Positions 62,291 through 64,000 of a DNA stretch of 64,000 nt are shown here, piece by piece. Position 1 is the first letter of the stretch. The number at the start of each line of letters is the position of its first letter. Below the pieces are notes generated by a model that did not search any database, was not told where the DNA came from, and saw nothing but the letters and a program-made list of their open reading frames with translations. A program made the translations under genes and the position numbers. This DNA comes from Verrucomicrobiia bacterium (GTDB lineage: Bacteria > Verrucomicrobiota > Verrucomicrobiia > Limisphaerales > UBA11358): the NCBI GenBank assembly GCA_036490295.1, contig DASXED010000126.1, positions 1,718 to 65,717 of the forward strand, read 5' to 3'.

Positions 62291-63061
62291 TCATCTGTTT
62301 TTCTTCCGGTAATCTCCCCGGCTGAAGTATTTTTCCAGCCAGATGTAGAGGCAGATGAAAAGGTAACGGCTGCCCATTTCGCGCATCATCAGTTTCGCCT
62401 CGCCGGAACGGCGGTTGCGCCAGGTGACGGGAATGACGATCCATGAAAATCCGCGCACGACGGCCTTGAGCGGCAGCTCGACGGTGAGATTGAAGTGCGG
62501 CGAAATCAGCGGACGGCAACCGTCAATGACTTCGCGCCGGTAGGCCTTGAACGCGTTCGTCGTGTCGTTCAGGCGGATGGCAAAAAGGGTTTTGAGAAAA
62601 AGATTGGCGATGCGATTGACCATCCATTTGATTTTTGGATAGTCAACCGTGCCGCCGCCTTTCATGAAGCGGCTGCCGAACACACAGTCCACGCCTTTGT
62701 TCAATTCGTCCCAATAGCGGACGACGTCGCGGCAATCGTCGGATTCATCCGCCATCATTATGACCACGGCGTCGCCCTTCGCATGGTCGAGGCCGCAGAC
62801 AATCGCGCGGCCAAAACCGTGCAGGTTTTCATTTTTTATCGGAACGAGTTGGGACAATCTGGTTTTAAGATCGGCCAGCAATTCCCACGTCCGATCAGTG
62901 CTGCCATCGTCAACGACGATGATTTCGTGCGGCACATTGCGCAACCGCAGTTCAACATGAAGATGCTCGACGGTGGAACAGATGCAACCTTCCTCGTTGA
63001 GTGCAGGAATGACCACCGACAACAGTGAAAGCGGGCGCGGTTGTGGAGCCGGAGAGTTCAT
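62291..63061 (-). CDS. Family 2 glycosyltransferase (dolichol-phosphate mannosyltransferase-like)
   Basis: 'LSVVIPALNEE', 'IIVVDDGSTDRT', 'VVIMMADESDD', and a C-terminal TM helix. Start at MNSPAPQ (ATG at 63061; ATGA overlap with the upstream stop). The 411-aa track ORF is an over-extension. Confidence 0.85.
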   Translation of the reverse strand: MNSPAPQPRPLSLLSVVIPALNEEGCICSTVEHLHVELRLRNVPHEIIVVDDGSTDRTWELLADLKTRLSQLVPIKNENLHGFGRAIVCGLDHAKGDAVVIMMADESDDCRDVVRYWDELNKGVDCVFGSRFMKGGGTVDYPKIKWMVNRIANLFLKTLFAIRLNDTTNAFKAYRREVIDGCRPLISPHFNLTVELPLKAVVRGFSWIVIPVTWRNRRSGEAKLMMREMGSRYLFICLYIWLEKYFSRGDYRKKNR

Positions 63062-64000
63062 GCGCCGTTGGACAAGTCCAGCCACTCTGGATGCGATTCC
63101 GCGTGGCGGGCGATTTCGTCGAGAATGTTTTCCAGTTTCACAGCCGGACGCCAATTCCATTCCGCCGTCGCGCGCGCGGAGTCGAGCACGAGCCAAGGCA
63201 CATCGTAACGCCGCACGGCAGAATCGCTTTTTATTTTGTGCCGGCCAAAACGGCTGGCGCACCATTTGCTCAATTGCGCGAGCGACATACTGTTCGCCAA
63301 ACCGCCGCTGACGTTGAGCACGCTTCCCGATTTTTTCGGCTGGCGCATTTGCTTCGCAATCAGTGCGGCCAGATCGCGCGGATGCAGGCAATCCCGCACC
63401 TGATGGCCCATGCCGCCAAAGCCGATATATTTCAACGGTCGCTTCCAGCGGCATGAATGAATCCAAAATGTAAAAATTCCTTGATCGGGTTTTCCAAATT
63501 GTCCCGCGCCCGCGAGGACGCCGCAACGGTTCACAAATGTCGGAAAATCGAATGCGAGTCCGTATTCGAGAATTAAAATTTCCGACGCCAGCTTCGCGCT
63601 GCCATAAAGCGACAGCGGTGGCTGGGTCGAAAAATCTTCCGTCAAACCCGCCGGTGAAAATCCCGGCTCGCGCGCCCCGGCAAATTGCGGAACGAACGCT
63701 TCGTTTTTCACCTTCATCGGCAAAGCCGAAAGCCGTGCGGCGGAATAAACGCGGCTGGTGCTGACCATCACAAAACCCGCGCCATGCCGTTTGCAGTATT
63801 CGAGAAGGTTGATGGTGCCGATGAGATTATGCTCCATCAATTGCCGGCTGCTCGTCGCGCCTGAAACTCCGGCCAGGACGCTCGGATTTGCCGCCGCATC
63901 AATGACCCAGTCCACTTTCGGCAAATCTTCAAGGTCGCTCGGATTGCGGATGTCGCCGTGCCGGAAAATAATATCCGACTGCTTGAAACGATGACGATTC
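63058..64000 (-). CDS. NAD-dependent epimerase/dehydratase (SDR family), 5' end outside the window
   Basis: 'VIDAAANPSV', 'STSRVYS', 'YGSAKLASE' (YxxxK). The frame stays open to base 64000. Confidence 0.8.
   Translation of the reverse strand, partial: NRHRFKQSDIIFRHGDIRNPSDLEDLPKVDWVIDAAANPSVLAGVSGATSSRQLMEHNLIGTINLLEYCKRHGAGFVMVSTSRVYSAARLSALPMKVKNEAFVPQFAGAREPGFSPAGLTEDFSTQPPLSLYGSAKLASEILILEYGLAFDFPTFVNRCGVLAGAGQFGKPDQGIFTFWIHSCRWKRPLKYIGFGGMGHQVRDCLHPRDLAALIAKQMRQPKKSGSVLNVSGGLANSMSLAQLSKWCASRFGRHKIKSDSAVRRYDVPWLVLDSARATAEWNWRPAVKLENILDEIARHAESHPEWLDLSNGA

Overview
This is a high-GC bacterial chromosomal window. PEP-CTERM anchors, autotransporter-associated beta-strand repeats, A|FTLIE prepilins with an H-X9-DG-like tail, a lamin-tail-domain giant protein and 'RRSAETP'-type REP elements suggest a Verrucomicrobiota/PVC-like organism; this is inference only. 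Gene content, left to right: a truncated MFS gene; a TetR-regulated RND efflux operon; a CHASE3 sensor; gatA and gatC, separated by a membrane-protein gene; a PAP2 protein; HPr and HprK; a PEP-CTERM protein; an LPS/Kdo block (lptB, lptA-like, lptC-like, kdsC, kdsA); two paralogous RRM RNA-binding protein genes that share a 5' leader; Mpg glycosylase; a gspF-H-I-J-K pseudopilin operon; and a long minus-strand array (25.9-35.6 kb). This is followed by YraN, a lamin-tail-domain surface protein with a prepilin gene, a divergent NtrC-type regulator, a vapBC module, a Clp_N-only protein, a full pqqABCDE operon (including a pqqA too short for the ORF track), an M42 peptidase, TonB and a TonB-dependent receptor, a YVTN beta-propeller, a 2348-aa multidomain surface protein, and a GT2 plus epimerase pair. 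The best candidate for an undescribed system is the 25.9-35.6 kb array. It is headed by an ECF sigma factor and is tightly translationally coupled. It joins a Ycf46-type AAA+ ATPase, a membrane-anchored DUF1257-like protein and a DUF2997 protein to a PflX-type radical SAM enzyme, orphan proteins, duplicated S26-fold membrane proteins, a TPR protein and a stand-alone PilT-like ATPase. Other notable signals are heptamer-built Arg-rich leaders on three consecutive pseudopilins, a MITE with perfect 24-bp TIRs and a 10-bp TSD, a foldback REP family (one copy overlaps the gatA start codon), a recent tandem gene duplication with a chimeric junction ORF, and a PQQ-like-propeller/di-heme module next to the pqq operon. 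All functional calls come from reading motifs by eye; no database search was run.
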